DNA from: Bacteroidales bacterium
Lineage (GTDB): Bacteria > Bacteroidota > Bacteroidia > Bacteroidales > F082
Reading direction: 5' to 3'
NCBI GenBank assembly: GCA_045648285.1
Contig: JAZRNQ010000170.1
Location: 1,450 to 65,449 of the forward strand
Length of the DNA stretch: 64,000 nt
The notes below the pieces were generated by a model. It did not search any database, had not been told where the DNA came from, and was given only the letters and a program-made list of their open reading frames with translations. The translations under genes were made by a program, and so were the position numbers. Of the stretch, positions 22,701 through 28,777 are shown in pieces. Every line of letters begins with the position of its first letter. Positions within the stretch are counted from its first letter, which is position 1.

Positions 22701-25700
22701 CATCGAAATAGTGAACAGCGTGAGCGGTTTGGAAGGAAAGAAGAAATCCGCTAAAGGCTTCTACGACCCTAAGACAGGTAAAATCACAATTGTCATACCT
22801 AACAACACAAGCATAGCAGACATCGAGAAGACATTGCTTCACGAAGCTGTCGCTCACTATGGCTTGCGTCAATTATTCGGGGAACACTTTGACACTTTCC
22901 TTGATAACGTTTACAACAATGCTGACGAGAGCATCCGCAAGCGCATCGCAGAACTCGCCATTAGAAAGTACAACTATGATTTCCGCAAAGCTACTGAAGA
23001 ATATCTTGCATCTCTCGCTGAAAGCACCAACTTTGAGAATGCTCAGCAGTCAAGCTGGTGGCAAAAGGTTAAAGACTTCTTCGCTGATATGCTCAGCAAG
23101 TTAGGATTTAGGGATTTCAGAGGAGTTACTCTTACTGACAACGAACTTCGTTATATCCTATGGAGAAGCTATGAGAACCTTTCTTCTAAAAGACATAAAG
23201 GCGTATTCGGACAAGCAGCTGATATTGCGAAACAATATGAACTTGGCGTAGGTGACTATGCCAAGTCGTCAGAAAACGAAGATGATGTTTTGTTCAGAGA
23301 CGGAGATCCTGAGATTCATGAGAAGGAGTTGGTAAGAGACAAATACGACAGACGTATAAGAACAGGCTGGTATCAGTCAAAAGAAGCCATGCAGGATTCT
23401 ATGCTTTCACTCAAAGAAGCGATGAAAGATATTGCAGGTATGGAAATTGAAGATATTGACGGTTTTGAAAATGCCTATCTCGGGGAAAACCGTCTGTCAA
23501 GCGTCAACAAAGCGGAAGCAGACGCTTTTGCTCGCATATTGTTCAAGCCAATGCTTGATGAAGTTGCTAAATTAGCACCTACAGCAGCGGAAAGACAAGA
23601 ACTCGTTGACTATATGATGGCTAAACATGGTCTTGAACGTAACGAGTATATGAGACAGCAGGCTATGCAAAACGGCGAGGACGCTAACCGTGACTTCGCA
23701 GGTCTGACATCTCTTACAGGTTTTGATGATATAACAGCAGCGGAGGCAGAAGCGCAAATAATGGTTAATGAATACGAACAGAATCACGATACCACCGAGT
23801 TATGGGATAATGTCAACGCCGTAAGCAAAGCTATTCTTTCCAAAACATACGAATGCGGATTGATAGATAAGGATACGTTTGAAAACATTTCAAATATGTA
23901 TGAATTCTATATTCCATTAAGAGGTTTTGAAGAAAAGACAAGTGATGAAGCATACGCATATCTGTCACATATACACAATGCGTTCAATGCTCCTATCAAG
24001 AAAGCGGAAGGACGTACATCAAAAGCAGATGACCCGTTCGCATATCTCCAGTCAATGGCTGAAAGTGCTATAATGCAAGGCAACAGAAACAAGCTTGTCA
24101 AACAACGCTTCCTCAACTTTGTGCTTAACCATCCAAGCGACCTCGTATCCATCAGCGAACTATGGTTGGAATATGATAATGTCGATGATGAATGGAGACC
24201 TGTTTTCCCTGATAACATTGATACCAATGATTCAGGAGAAGTCGTTGAGCAAAAGATGAAGGACTTTGATGAAAAGATGGAGTTATTGTCGCAAAACGAA
24301 CCTGACAGATACAAGAAAGGCCGTGACGCCATCGGCATTCCTTATAGAGTTGTCGAGAAAAGAGACTTGCAGCAACATCAGGTTATCGTCAAACGCAACG
24401 GAAGAGATGTCGTGCTGACCGTTAACGGCAATCCTCGTTTGGCTCAGGCATTAAACGGACAAACCAATCCTGACAACGACATGTCCGGTGCTATTGGCAC
24501 AATACTCCGTAGTGGAGAATGGGTTAACAGACAGCTGAGCGCATTCTATACCACTCGCAACCCTGACTTTATCGTTTCAAACTTCCTGAGAGATATGCTG
24601 TACTCAAATTCAATGGCTTGGATCAAGGAATCCCCTAACTACGCATTGCGTTTCAACAGAAACTATATGATAGCAAATCCTATAACTATGAAACGCTTGT
24701 TGAACAAGTATCGCAAAGGCACGCTTGACACAAGTGATAAAATAGAAGGCATGTTCTATCAGTTTATGATGAATGGTGGAGAAACAGGATATGCCAATGT
24801 AAGAGATATTGAACAACATAAGAATGACATACGCAAAGAATTAAGAAGATCTAACGGCAGACTCAAAATTGGACGTGCGTTTAGTCTGTTGGCAGAACGT
24901 TTCGATGGACTCAACAGGGCTATTGAAAACTGTGCTCGTTTCGCTGCATTCATGACTTCCAAGGAAATGGGCAGAACTACAGACCGAGCCATTTATGACG
25001 CAAAGGAAATCTCCGTAAACTTCAACAAGAAAGGCAGTGGCTCAAAATTCTACGGAGAAATAGGGCAAACAGTTGCTGGCAATACTTCATCGTTAATATC
25101 AGGTTTAGGTCGCAGCAGTTATGTTTTCTGGAATGCAGCAATTCAAGGTACAACTAATTTCGGAAGACAAATCAAACGTCATCCAGCAAAGGCATTCACA
25201 GGAATAGCGTCAATGTTCCTTCTCGGTGCTCTTGTTGCTTTCTTAGGCGGTGACGATGATGACGACGACAATAAGAATTCATACTACAATCTTCCAGAAT
25301 ATGTAAGACGCAGTAATATTCTGTTCAGTGCAGGCAAACACTGGATTTCAATACCATTGCCAGTTGAATACAGAGCAATATACGGATTAGGAGAATTGAT
25401 GATATCTACAATTAGTGGCAAAGAACACTTAACTGACAGTGAAATCGCTGAAGCTATTATCGGCCAAATGTCACAAATACTACCTTTGGACTTCATGGAA
25501 GGCGGTGGCGATTTGAATGCAGTTGTGCCATCAGCCGCAAAACCATTATGGGAAGCATATGTCGCAGAAAAAAGTTGGACCGGTTTGCCTTTATATAAAG
25601 ACACCCCATACAACAAGAATATGCCAGAATGGACCAAGGCATACAGCAGCGCAAACAAGCATATCGTAAACCTAACAGCTTCATTAAACGAAGTAACAGG

Positions 25701-26214
25701 AGGTGACAGATATACAAAAGGTAATATTGATATCAATCCTTCAAAAATAGAATATGTGCTCAAAGGCTATTTCGGAGGTGTATTCAACACAATAGACAAG
25801 ATGGCGAAAATGGCTGAGACAGCAGCTGGAGAAAGAGAATATGACCCTCAAAATTTCTTATTGCTTAACAGAGTTGTCAAAGCTGGCGACGAGCGTACTG
25901 AATACAGGGCTGTTAATAACGAATATTTCCGATTAAAGAAAGAGCATGACGATCTTAAATCTCGTATTAAAAATTACGAAAATGATACTTATAATGGAAT
26001 ATTCGATTATGCTAACAAAATTGATTTTCTTTATAATTCTCCTGAATATCAAAGATACGAAATCTTTGAACTATACAAAAAAGAAATCGAATCTTTGAAC
26101 GATATGATAAAGAACACTTATGATAATGATGAACGAAAAGAACTTGAAACATATCTCAACGAAATCAAAAAAGAGATGATTGAAGAAATGAACAAGACAC
26201 GCAAACGTGCGTAA
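10771..26214 (+). CDS. Giant polyvalent (multi-effector) virion protein, 5147 aa
   Basis: Uninterrupted 15,444-nt ORF. It contains serial enzymatic motifs (listed as separate sub-features) separated by low-complexity and coiled-coil linkers. It lies between small virion-type genes and the portal gene. Confidence 0.85.
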   Translation: MNEIEVKKLYNALIQKGYTIDQIGNENTFLNNMNDENKRRDLYEYVSSKGNFKIGDYDTYESRLTSSIEQTTDTIAQPSNPVEDVKQVYTPKYTPRTEEVKEIDMITGHKTEYATGFGQGFRQGIKGLGHGIQHFGGEVLNLFTGSTIDEEKALERIAELELDGIDIESAIAPLDKVQRQVYETTLSNGDVQLSGITDEQKQYAQMALEKDAINKTIREYIEKAGSLEEAKSMLAERANEETQGDKWIKQAAKGLAELKPTKGFGAWVGNLAPQMIPAAVSIGVGAVTKSPTLTKGVGMVGMGTMTVSTAGMSMNEAREAGATGLQTWAVGIADGAIEFVSEKIPFNRYTSRLLSGVKKNASNQLADAVTSSPQVRNELERLLQEANKKLGGKLFNGKNVKDFVGDIIAEGASEFTAEALQTITPLIYENPEDYPTIGEILRNGWEGAKAGIFMGSVLGGASKTMEHYQQRNRRKEQGFVDIVEFETEDGYKIGESLGMTDRGVAVITDGKIQYVIPEDIIYDHKFSFEEFDRAELQMENEESFDNGYSLSEQQEMNDAQNMLKVKKAEMIHTFGFTDESDIEAFLGENPIETVAQRRQNGESEESTQTIIDYLNAKATYDGMSQRVSDDIDGQIEQSNALIDSHTNKHTGKIHGAVSKEDGRLVYIVSGNVVPYQDGSGIDLQNSDENIIIRDAETGELKQMSPEFLSSLYDTQDPNEQKEINAQQIREKILSEESNKIDGVVDFNDKEQFLNEVANKIAITIILAQRGLDADYIKTFLGNAQIVENPDGTLTFTDGQNEVVVPKQEIQQQVDANNMQRAVDFNDKAKEMRNAIQQATAATATLSYGMGDNVSLRDTDGNIINGTISMIEDDTYVIDYSDNNGTWHTLDLTKQQLDDMAVERNETGVNDEPVTELSPVDMNNDNTITEQSTTDEGDLTLQSTIDENIPTTQTVTPYIPKDESGNPIYEQADSETAWDALMEDAEGDEIMAGEVAKSMIADKEAELKKLEKSKIKEGKTPAEKMAALKERKAEVEKIKQDIEAWKKIAAVPIHRQIAQQERIRQEEAEAAAQRKADEERLLAERKEAERKEQEKLNGIPDYSEDTPQNARARGYRRVNGHIEERQQPIETIQGKETEIEFSNDARPKGHYAVIDASQLQPSHIQGNRNPLHFLDEAQPKERNDKASIVSAQKIAGNIRPATITTGETAYVGTPTVNTRGEVIQGNSRSDALKLMYGNHNDQAQTYKQYLMDKAEQFGLNPEDVSNMESPVLVRMLDINDEQAITLGQYVAQDTESGGIERIKPKNAVKKMGEDIGSFANILLKSNDEDVSFAELLDQNGVEVLKWMAQKSYITPTQYNSQFDTKGSLTAEAKNDLRGIMYQSIFEGGNTRLEEMFNALPAKAQKAILATAHRDFNSPNSERMIEEIQDSIRAFYALMQDEQFAQAKNLKDATKAVEAWQKQYQMDDVTGEGYLPSEKFSNFALHLAKLYKGEKQSNIQGVFAELYDLIQGTKEDNLFEQADKTPRTLVQAIKEVLNIDYNGQRRNNVLGGDNKTSQQGQHGRTGDVASRERTESGEQSANDSGRTDEDSGSSAFETNRQTENESGDIRTAQTVHQSRSEREGLEQNLDGRRQTDGTGMADDAAGIMETRNDRSDIRVFEEGLDASYNEYSEHSERTRRAAESERLVSLAKLHGMFVPAEVIKTLTGKHPKRTGESFVYIDKEAGKVTKVKDPYAKAAIKSGVQPEDAAFEYLVHNLIFPETAYTFEGISEDMGDVRIVLSQSFIQSKGHPTKEQIAEALAERGLFPEDKYSFGNEFVSVTDVEGDNVILGEDGNLYFIDPIIRFKKPLKEILDNYNRNNNSTLGEQIKSAEKEVNTSPTDKQKEAGNYKKGHVQIGTFNITIEQPKGSVRSGVDANGRKWETTMQNTYGYIRGTEGVDGDHIDVFLSDDIDGWNGSKVFVVDQYNEDGTFDEHKVMLGFNTIEEAESAYLANYEKGWEKKHKIVVSPIHTENFEKWIESSHRKTKPFAEYKSVKSEENRTKNNENRTKSTENSSKVEENSVKDESKNKTIVEQSKKPSSKIEDFGEKIGGARKDVIRKYADKINVNGTTFGSMFPKPDIDKLIEAGLPIDRVAALKSVYDNAKHEFERSKKHRGKERALRETVFYAVFAKGILSGNEDFELHHEGLVFTEVGVKLVKANIALYQAVFDRLGVEYIKTDLSAYAITPLTEETKKKLNLKSLNEHNGKMQESLAKRKGTEPPVYKDGDLINFIGEKYYNPKDQFETLEEAIDTMVERIGKEVKVGEEIKHTPILYWNVDALGRKDYSKIFIGIKVHGHGIVKLMEFKSSNEANSWIDEHDSDFQQMAAAKIEQLKSDKSKPLPKYRIDNIYVRDNNGSIVRYDVYADFGKGIMRPLKSFDIPAKETSQERLRAQSEVYKNEVLPYMNSEEAKQSADEHARLIQQEKESKNRNYSTERKSRERVGRDWRNGKDATPDMFVDMDGNKSVFGFRAVEFGNYVTNKERQQFLNDIYDALMDMSDVLGVSPRALSLGGQLAIAVGARGKSSASGHYEPEKNVINLTKTSGYGILAHEWLHAFDRYFSNYNPSAIYVGGVQYATSEEYKDDMRQEVKDAFAALMDVIKKSDYYKRSMMLGEYWSSDKELAARALQDHIIRKLNERGQKNEFLSNLTATEDWDGEAENYPFPLGEESERIGEAIDNLFSVIEEKVDEKGNTVMYQKGKLVMDAESEAFRRATERTMKQLESIGIDVEIVEDVAIIEKFENRAIRPNFSRSAGIFYSNAKKAVLDIKQDKATPEQWLKMIEKNGGLKASEDRWLGLSDWLKTQQKRKNIDVQYAKEYDGEAKQIAHGIKEGDISSIDLAAVEMVKLVKDGDILIPIPSRTGKATTTLALANRIAELAGKGKVADVLTGKERESLYNIKKEGKELPKASELEFVLKNQDVLNGNNRVVFVDNVMGTGTTLEAAVELIPNATALVYAKDNSTLSDKKTLTKDEILNFINENSIQIEEVEYEENPSSFDELKDEYERLLREEGYDYAQEVMRDRYGDDFDVAFADMGGELVIDNEEAAATLLGSNNIINSTRLQYTTEGLDNKKEIALVVPTIESYNSHDEIHFGDAGDGRAVAWVRFGETTDSDGKRVLVIDEIQSKRHQDGREKGYRNDKVLTARLDALKESAAKVGMTFNADVRGRSLQFLDMEGNPIGTITRKPTDEQSEIMAQVRNVLFTNDGVPSAPFEKNWQELAMKRMLRYAAENGFDKVAWTTGEQQAERYSLSKAVKKTTVSVMSDNTRMVTLDFRHDEGYMDFKQMRVDEKGTIIGGDFTGSQLSDIVGKEFAIKIMSVEAERETFTDNDLRIGGEGMKGFYDKILPSFVSKYTKKWGGKVEETELPETGLSMHSVDVTPQMKEDVMKGQPMFHKGQMSFDFLNQQNTPLSDTRLRKLEEGETSKIERIFTENKNFDFTSGEKIESIDDVAFIFKQLEDESIENSFAVLVKDGKPTVIHLGMGSYTATGLNGSALNVAVERIQPDKIYFIHNHPSGNLTASRQDIELLNRLKSTYGDIFEDGIIINLRSGKFATFNAEEKNIHDEKNIDNAVPVKVYSFNKQVFEKNYDPAETFKIRSSSDVAKFISSHRLGERPKLGILVCNNQLGVVGNVFTPYTKVTKENAKDIAKDIVYYTTSMGGTCAMMFGNANIYEVGSKRISQHVEDISTGSIKLMDYLNMQKDGSYWSASDEGVSFMRTSSGTIYGWTVDGKVYLTKDGINPNTPVHEYSHLWAEALMKNNPFLWSRIVNGLKDTPVWNEVMLDEEYSSIHHNDNLVASEVLSRLSGTENYRRTMEEAQREIESEKGIFAKAEKITIWERVKQALKDFWNWVVKTYGTNNITPEEAVNMTLKDFWNGVKPKGARSIEAASDIANAEEDDEVLYRSDNEDSLNKNKVNYPAQRRQMVEHAENLAKRLHLDNIEIVNSVSGLEGKKKSAKGFYDPKTGKITIVIPNNTSIADIEKTLLHEAVAHYGLRQLFGEHFDTFLDNVYNNADESIRKRIAELAIRKYNYDFRKATEEYLASLAESTNFENAQQSSWWQKVKDFFADMLSKLGFRDFRGVTLTDNELRYILWRSYENLSSKRHKGVFGQAADIAKQYELGVGDYAKSSENEDDVLFRDGDPEIHEKELVRDKYDRRIRTGWYQSKEAMQDSMLSLKEAMKDIAGMEIEDIDGFENAYLGENRLSSVNKAEADAFARILFKPMLDEVAKLAPTAAERQELVDYMMAKHGLERNEYMRQQAMQNGEDANRDFAGLTSLTGFDDITAAEAEAQIMVNEYEQNHDTTELWDNVNAVSKAILSKTYECGLIDKDTFENISNMYEFYIPLRGFEEKTSDEAYAYLSHIHNAFNAPIKKAEGRTSKADDPFAYLQSMAESAIMQGNRNKLVKQRFLNFVLNHPSDLVSISELWLEYDNVDDEWRPVFPDNIDTNDSGEVVEQKMKDFDEKMELLSQNEPDRYKKGRDAIGIPYRVVEKRDLQQHQVIVKRNGRDVVLTVNGNPRLAQALNGQTNPDNDMSGAIGTILRSGEWVNRQLSAFYTTRNPDFIVSNFLRDMLYSNSMAWIKESPNYALRFNRNYMIANPITMKRLLNKYRKGTLDTSDKIEGMFYQFMMNGGETGYANVRDIEQHKNDIRKELRRSNGRLKIGRAFSLLAERFDGLNRAIENCARFAAFMTSKEMGRTTDRAIYDAKEISVNFNKKGSGSKFYGEIGQTVAGNTSSLISGLGRSSYVFWNAAIQGTTNFGRQIKRHPAKAFTGIASMFLLGALVAFLGGDDDDDDNKNSYYNLPEYVRRSNILFSAGKHWISIPLPVEYRAIYGLGELMISTISGKEHLTDSEIAEAIIGQMSQILPLDFMEGGGDLNAVVPSAAKPLWEAYVAEKSWTGLPLYKDTPYNKNMPEWTKAYSSANKHIVNLTASLNEVTGGDRYTKGNIDINPSKIEYVLKGYFGGVFNTIDKMAKMAETAAGEREYDPQNFLLLNRVVKAGDERTEYRAVNNEYFRLKKEHDDLKSRIKNYENDTYNGIFDYANKIDFLYNSPEYQRYEIFELYKKEIESLNDMIKNTYDNDERKELETYLNEIKKEMIEEMNKTRKRA
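11557..11800 (+). other. Giant protein: Gly/Ala/Met-rich hydrophobic (TM-like) region
   Basis: GFGAWVGNLAPQMIPAAVSIGVGAVTKSPTLTKGVGMVGMGTMTVSTAGMSM...WAVGIADGAIEF. Confidence 0.5.
14212..14700 (+). other. Giant protein: ParB/Srx-fold (ddrB-ParB-like) domain
   Basis: GHYAVIDASQLQPSHIQGNRNP...RGEVIQGNSRSDALKLMY. The GNxR box in a ParB-like context is recalled from polyvalent-protein ParB domains. Confidence 0.45.
15820..16310 (+). other. Giant protein: protein-kinase-like fold domain
   Basis: Catalytic-loop-like DVEGDN (D-x4-N, D1821/N1826), followed 10 residues later by YFIDP (DFG-equivalent Asp). Preceded by ...FVYIDKEAGKVTKVKDPY (candidate Lys region). Confidence 0.4.
16411..16860 (+). other. 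Giant protein: inorganic-pyrophosphatase-like domain
   Basis: GNYKKGHVQIGTFNITIEQPKGSVRSG...YGYIRGTEGVDGDHIDVFL. DGDHIDV resembles the family I PPase signature D-x-D-[PE]-x-D-x but has His at the fourth position. Confidence 0.4.
18211..18810 (+). other. Giant protein: zincin metallopeptidase (MPTase-PolyVal-like) domain
   Basis: FGFRAVEFGNYV...LSLGGQLAIAVGARGKSSASGHYEPEKNVINLTKTSGYGILAHEWLHAFD (HExxH at 18535-18549) ...DKELAARALQDHI. Confidence 0.55.
19341..19765 (+). other. Giant protein: phosphoribosyltransferase (PRTase, ComF-like) domain
   Basis: PRPP-loop motif VVFVDNVMGTGTTLEAAV, preceded by ILIPIPSRTGKATTTLALA. It lies between WLGLSDWLK and TLTKDEILNFINENSIQIEEVEY, which looks like an insertion into a linker. 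Confidence 0.55.
21175..21555 (+). other. Giant protein: JAB/MPN (RadC-like) metallopeptidase domain
   Basis: ENSFAVLV...IYFIHNHPSGNLTASRQDIELL (HxHPSG...S..D motif; His3549 at 21415). Confidence 0.65.
22021..22330 (+). other. Giant protein: second HExxH zincin-like motif region
   Basis: GWTVDGKVYLTKDGINPNTPVHEYSHLWAEAL (HEYSH at 22120-22134). Confidence 0.4.
25192..25269 (+). other. Giant protein: C-terminal TM helix followed by a hexa-Asp run
   Basis: AFTGIASMFLLGALVAFLGG then DDDDDD (25252-25269). Confidence 0.6.
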
Positions 26215-26288
26215 AGAGTTAAACTTATGATGAGTGCTTGGGGTGTTACATTTGCACCTCGAGTACTCATTTAATTAAGTTAACAACA

Positions 26289-28256
26289 ATGCCAACAAAA
26301 AACAACAAAATACTATCCCTTAGCCGTGTAAAGCCCAAACAAAGTGATGACACGGAAATGGATAGCGTTAAGTCGGAAAAGAAAAACGACAACCGAAGGG
26401 CGTTCAATATTCTCATGGAAGCCCAGCATTATTGGAATATGATGGACGATTTCCGTAAGGAACGCGAACGTAACAAACGCTACACTTACGGCAAACAATG
26501 GGACGACGTAATCAATGTGGACGGTCGTGCTATGACAGAAGAGAACTACATCAAGAGTCAAGGCAATATTCCTTTAAAAAACAACCTTATCAGAAGGCTT
26601 GTCAAGAATGTATTGGGCGTATATCGCTCGCAATGCAAAGAGCCTACATGCGTAGCCCGTGACGGAGACGAACAGAAATTAGGTGAAACGATGTCAACCA
26701 TACTGCAATGCAACATGCAGCTCAACCGAAAAGATGACCTTTATCCACGCTGCCTGGAAGAGTTTCTTATTAGCGGTTTTGTTTCTGGGCGCAAGTCTTT
26801 CGGTTGGCGCAACGGCATGCTGGACTGCTGGACCGACTATGTACAGCCTAACAATTTCTTTATCGACAATAAGATGAGAGATATAAGAGGATGGGACGTA
26901 ACATGTCTCGGAGAGATACACGACATTACGTTCGGCCAGCTCTGCGAGCAGTTTGCCACATCTCCAGAAGAGTTCCAGAAGCTAAAAAACATCTATAACT
27001 TAGCATCAGACAGGAACTACCTTGCATCAACAGCGAAGAGTTTCGGTTATAGCAAGCTTGAGAATTACGATTTTCTTCTTACAACCGAACCTGGGTTATG
27101 CCGTGTCATAGAGGTATGGCGTAAGGAACAGCGTCCACGATACAGATGTCACGACTATAATAACGGAGACATTTACAAGATTAATATCGATGATTATGGC
27201 AGTATGGTCAAGAACGTTAATGATGAACGTTTGAGAATGGCAGCCGAAATGGGTATGCCAGAAGATAATGTTGCCTTGATTGAAGCAACGTGGTTTATTG
27301 ATGATTATTGGTATTTCTATTACCTCTCTCCTTTCGGAGATATTTTAGCGGAAGGAGAAACACCATACGAACACGGTTCCCATCCGTATGTTTTCAAAGC
27401 ATATCCATTCATAGACGGGGAGATACATTCCTTTGTCGCAGATGTTATTGACCAGCAAAGATATACTAACAGACTTATAACCCTTTACGACTGGATTATG
27501 AGAGCCAGTGCAAAAGGAGTGCTTATGATGCCTGAAGATGCAATTCCTGACGGAATGTCCATAGATGACATCGCAAGCGAATGGTCTCGTTTCAACGGTA
27601 TCATATTGTACAAACCAAGCAAGTATGGGAATATACCTCAGCAAGTATCGTCCAACTCTACAAATATCGGCATTTCTGAGCTGCTTAACCTACAGCTCAA
27701 GTTTTTCGAGGACATTTCAGGCGTAAACGGAGCATTACAGGGGAAACCAGGATTCTCCGGCCAAAGCGCAGCGCATTTTAATATGCAGACGCAAAACGCC
27801 ACCATGTCATTGCTGGATATTTTAGATACATTCAGCAGTTTCGTCATTGACGGAGCATACAAAGATGTGAAGAACATGCAACAGTTCTATGACACTAAAA
27901 GAGTGTTCAACATCGCTGGCAAAAGCGGTGCAAGCATCGTATATGACCCTAAGAAAATCCGTAACGTTGAATTCGATTTAAGCATAACCGAAAGCACTAC
28001 TACACCTGCATACAGAATGCTTGCCAATGATTTCCTGATGGAGCTTTACAAATCACAAGCCATAAGCGTAGAACAGCTTTTAGAGTTCGGCTCCTTCCCG
28101 TTCGCAAAAGACATGTTGCAAAGCATCAAGTCACAGAAAGAACAGATGGAGCAAGGCCAAGTTCCTGACGGCATATCTCCACAGCTTATGCTGCAGGCAC
28201 AGCAAGGTGCGAATATGAATGCTGTAAACAGATTGTACGGAGCAATGAGAGCATAA
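26289..28256 (+). CDS. Portal protein (putative)
   Basis: ORF 26238-28256. The likely start is MPTKNNK at 26289. About 655 aa, sited between the virion giant gene and the terminase operon. Called on size and position only. Confidence 0.5.
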   Translation: MPTKNNKILSLSRVKPKQSDDTEMDSVKSEKKNDNRRAFNILMEAQHYWNMMDDFRKERERNKRYTYGKQWDDVINVDGRAMTEENYIKSQGNIPLKNNLIRRLVKNVLGVYRSQCKEPTCVARDGDEQKLGETMSTILQCNMQLNRKDDLYPRCLEEFLISGFVSGRKSFGWRNGMLDCWTDYVQPNNFFIDNKMRDIRGWDVTCLGEIHDITFGQLCEQFATSPEEFQKLKNIYNLASDRNYLASTAKSFGYSKLENYDFLLTTEPGLCRVIEVWRKEQRPRYRCHDYNNGDIYKINIDDYGSMVKNVNDERLRMAAEMGMPEDNVALIEATWFIDDYWYFYYLSPFGDILAEGETPYEHGSHPYVFKAYPFIDGEIHSFVADVIDQQRYTNRLITLYDWIMRASAKGVLMMPEDAIPDGMSIDDIASEWSRFNGIILYKPSKYGNIPQQVSSNSTNIGISELLNLQLKFFEDISGVNGALQGKPGFSGQSAAHFNMQTQNATMSLLDILDTFSSFVIDGAYKDVKNMQQFYDTKRVFNIAGKSGASIVYDPKKIRNVEFDLSITESTTTPAYRMLANDFLMELYKSQAISVEQLLEFGSFPFAKDMLQSIKSQKEQMEQGQVPDGISPQLMLQAQQGANMNAVNRLYGAMRA

Positions 28257-28260
28257 CAAC

Positions 28261-28286
28261 AAAAGGTGTCAAATTTGACACCTTTT
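28261..28286. terminator. Bidirectional hairpin terminator between convergent operons
   Basis: Perfect palindrome aaaaggtgtcaaa/tttgacacctttt, with an A-run and a T-run on either side. Confidence 0.65.
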
Positions 28287-28291
28287 GTATT

Positions 28292-28387
28292 TTATTTCCC
28301 AACACTGTGTGTAGCAAGCGGGTCGTTTGTCAATGTGGCAATTCCGTCAATGCCGTTCTTGTCTTCATAGTTATAGTTACTTCTCAT
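28292..28387 (-). CDS. Small ORF (31 aa), translationally coupled
   Basis: MRSNYNYEDKNGIDGIATLTNDPLATHSVGK. TAATG overlap with the upstream gene's stop. It ends just before the terminator. Not in the ORF track (under 60 aa). Confidence 0.3.
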   Translation of the reverse strand: MRSNYNYEDKNGIDGIATLTNDPLATHSVGK

Positions 28388-28755
28388 TATTTTTTCTCCT
28401 TATTGTTTCGTTTGTCCTTTCCACCTTTTCTTTTTGCGTTATTCAACGATTCTACCCAATGATAGTATTGCATTCTCTTCAAGTCAACCAGTTCATCAGT
28501 GGATTTTCCTTCTCCGTTCTTATGTGCAGTATAATAGAATGACGCTTTTTTGACATCTATCATCTTGGCACTATTTTGATAATAACCTTTATGTCTCAAC
28601 TGTCTGTAGTTGTTTCGGTCCGTGACTATCAGCTTGTGAGTTTTGCCATTTGGAAGAACGTAATAACGCTTTCCGTTTTCTTCATGCGCCTTGTCCGCAA
28701 TTCTGATCGCTTCCTTCAATCTTAGGTAAGCGAGAAATTTTTCAATTATATTCAT
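28387..28755 (-). CDS. Hypothetical phage protein
   Basis: 122-aa ORF downstream of the terminase on the same strand, with a basic C-terminus. Confidence 0.5.
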   Translation of the reverse strand: MNIIEKFLAYLRLKEAIRIADKAHEENGKRYYVLPNGKTHKLIVTDRNNYRQLRHKGYYQNSAKMIDVKKASFYYTAHKNGEGKSTDELVDLKRMQYYHWVESLNNAKRKGGKDKRNNKEKK

Positions 28756-28777
28756 AGTTGCTTTTGATTAAAGTTGT

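Noticed and set aside
22840-22857. LLHEAVAHYGL as a third zincin active site
   Set aside because: The spacing is HExxxH, not HExxH. I cannot tie it to a known metallopeptidase family from memory, so I did not call it a domain.
14074-25763. Many 60-190-aa minus-strand and alternative-frame ORFs inside the giant gene (for example 14074-14643, 16746-17234, 18712-19215, 25284-25763)
   Set aside because: All are nested in a 15.4-kb continuous frame with recognisable motifs. Their products are low-complexity, as expected for chance antisense frames.
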